Of a stretch of DNA of 64,000 nt, positions 62,524-64,000 are shown in pieces. Every line of letters starts with the position of its first letter. Within the stretch, counting starts at the first letter, position 1. The position numbers and the translations under genes were made by a program. A model generated the notes under the pieces. The model did no database searches. It was not told where the DNA came from and saw only the letters and a list, made by a program, of their open reading frames with translations. The DNA is from Lingula anatina (taxonomy: Eukaryota > Animalia > Brachiopoda), in contig CM120643.1 in NCBI GenBank assembly GCA_051362555.1, positions 14,172,644-14,236,643 on the forward strand, in the 5' to 3' direction.

Positions 62524-64000
62524 TTGGACTACAATTCCATAGGGGACAGCAACTTGCAGTCTACAGGTCCGCTCGGACATTGATTACTTTATACTGGAAA
62601 TAAAAATATATTGCGCTATTTTATGTGGACATATTCTATTATATAAACTGTAAGTATTTAGCCTCACTTTTTGCGTTGCTAAAATGGCCAGCAGACGATG
62701 TACTCCCACGCAAACAAAAAAAAAATCTCCATTCTATTTAATACGTCTATACGCACGCAGCAAATGCTTGGGTGGATCGTAGGCATCATGTCAGCGTAGT
62801 CACGAGGCTTGATACCGGTAAGACGAGCCGCAGCCGGTGGTTCTCACATACATGTCCAAAGCAAACAGGATCTTAATAATACTACAAATTGATGTATTTA
62901 CGCGCTCATCAAAAACAGCCTAAGCATAACAAAACGCCGGTAAGAAGCACATGTCAGGATACAGAAGCTAAAACAGTGAGCACAGACCCCTTTGACCGAT
63001 TGGCTCCAATGAAAGATTGTTTCTATCAGGCAGCCAGATATCCGACAAAAGAACGCAACGCCGATTGTAAGAGTTCAACGGCAGTAAGGATTTCAACAAC
63101 TGAGAAGGATCAGACTTGTCCTTTTATCAGGGGGACACTATATCCTTGACTTAGCAGTGTGGCTTTGAGGCTGTGACGGTGAGTATGTTAAGTTTTAATT
63201 GATTAATTTAGACGCGGAATACTCATTTGGTCAATTTGTTTGAGCAACAGAACAAAGAAAATGCCGACCATATGATGATACATTTGTCTTTGGATACTGT
63301 ATGTACGTTGACCCTTGCGGTATGCAGAGTGATTGAATGGTTCGTAAATGTTGTATGCACTTATTCTTTTACTTTTAACGAACTTGACTGAAGAGGCAAG
63401 GCATTATCAGTTTCTGCTCAAATCAGAACCGATGCCTCTGATTCGTATGTCTAGAAAGAATTTCTTGTTTTTTCTTGATTGATTTTTTCCAAATTCTTTA
63501 TTTCATTTTGTTTTCTGAATACAGGCAGTGGTTTAAAAGGTACACATAGATATTGTGAATATGGAATTAAAAAAAACTTCTCCCGCAAGAGCAGGGGATA
63601 AATAATAAAGGGCTGATCACCTCCCATGTAAAAATTACATACATTCACAGTTTCATCCACCTGTAGCTAAGATCATTTTCCATTCTCCATCCCCTAATTG
63701 AATAGTATTACGTAAATCGAGAACACAAAGAAGGCGAATCTGAAGCAATCTGTCCAGTCAGAATTAACAACAGTTTGGAACTTTGTCTTTGGTACGGGTT
63801 TAAAACTTGGCAAATGTAGATATTTTACAGGAAAATGCACAGAAGTCGCAGAAATTTCGAACATAAGAAAAACCGTCTGCTTAGGAGAACCGAATAAGGG
63901 AAGATAGTGTGAAACTTGGCAATTTTATTCAACCTGCTAACAGACCGAACTGTACAGACCGAACTGTTTATTTATAAAAACTTTTTTGTTTATGCTTTCA

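Overview
AT-rich, intron-containing animal genomic DNA; the gene and repeat content suggests a marine invertebrate, probably lophotrochozoan (inference). Host genes reconstructed by hand with GT-AG splice sites: a two-exon Shaw-like Kv channel with an atypical S4 and S6 gate (3.3-5.3 kb), a membrane-anchored GT-A/DxD glycosyltransferase-like gene (10.3-12.3 kb), two tandem secreted N-formylglutamate-amidohydrolase-fold genes with orphan first exons (18.6-28.8 kb, minus), and a mucin-stalk C-type lectin with a decayed tandem paralog (30.5-35.4 kb). The rest is rich in mobile DNA: PIF/Harbinger, Tc1, hAT-like, Kolobok-like and unclassified 5-bp-TSD inverted-repeat elements, and two LINE fragments. 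The most unusual region is 37.4-49.4 kb, a same-strand, partly tandem-duplicated mosaic of LTR-retroelement parts (LTR ends, PPTs, two different PBS-like motifs, Gypsy gag remnants, no recognisable intact pol). It carries two families of intronless cargo ORFs: four SGNH/GDSL-like copies and two BTB/POZ-like copies. One intact ORF is bracketed by direct copies of a palindromic TAACAC-GGTA-GTGTT motif, which also marks breakpoints of a scrambled LTR copy at 7.6-9.2 kb. All homology calls come from motif recognition by eye; no database search was run.
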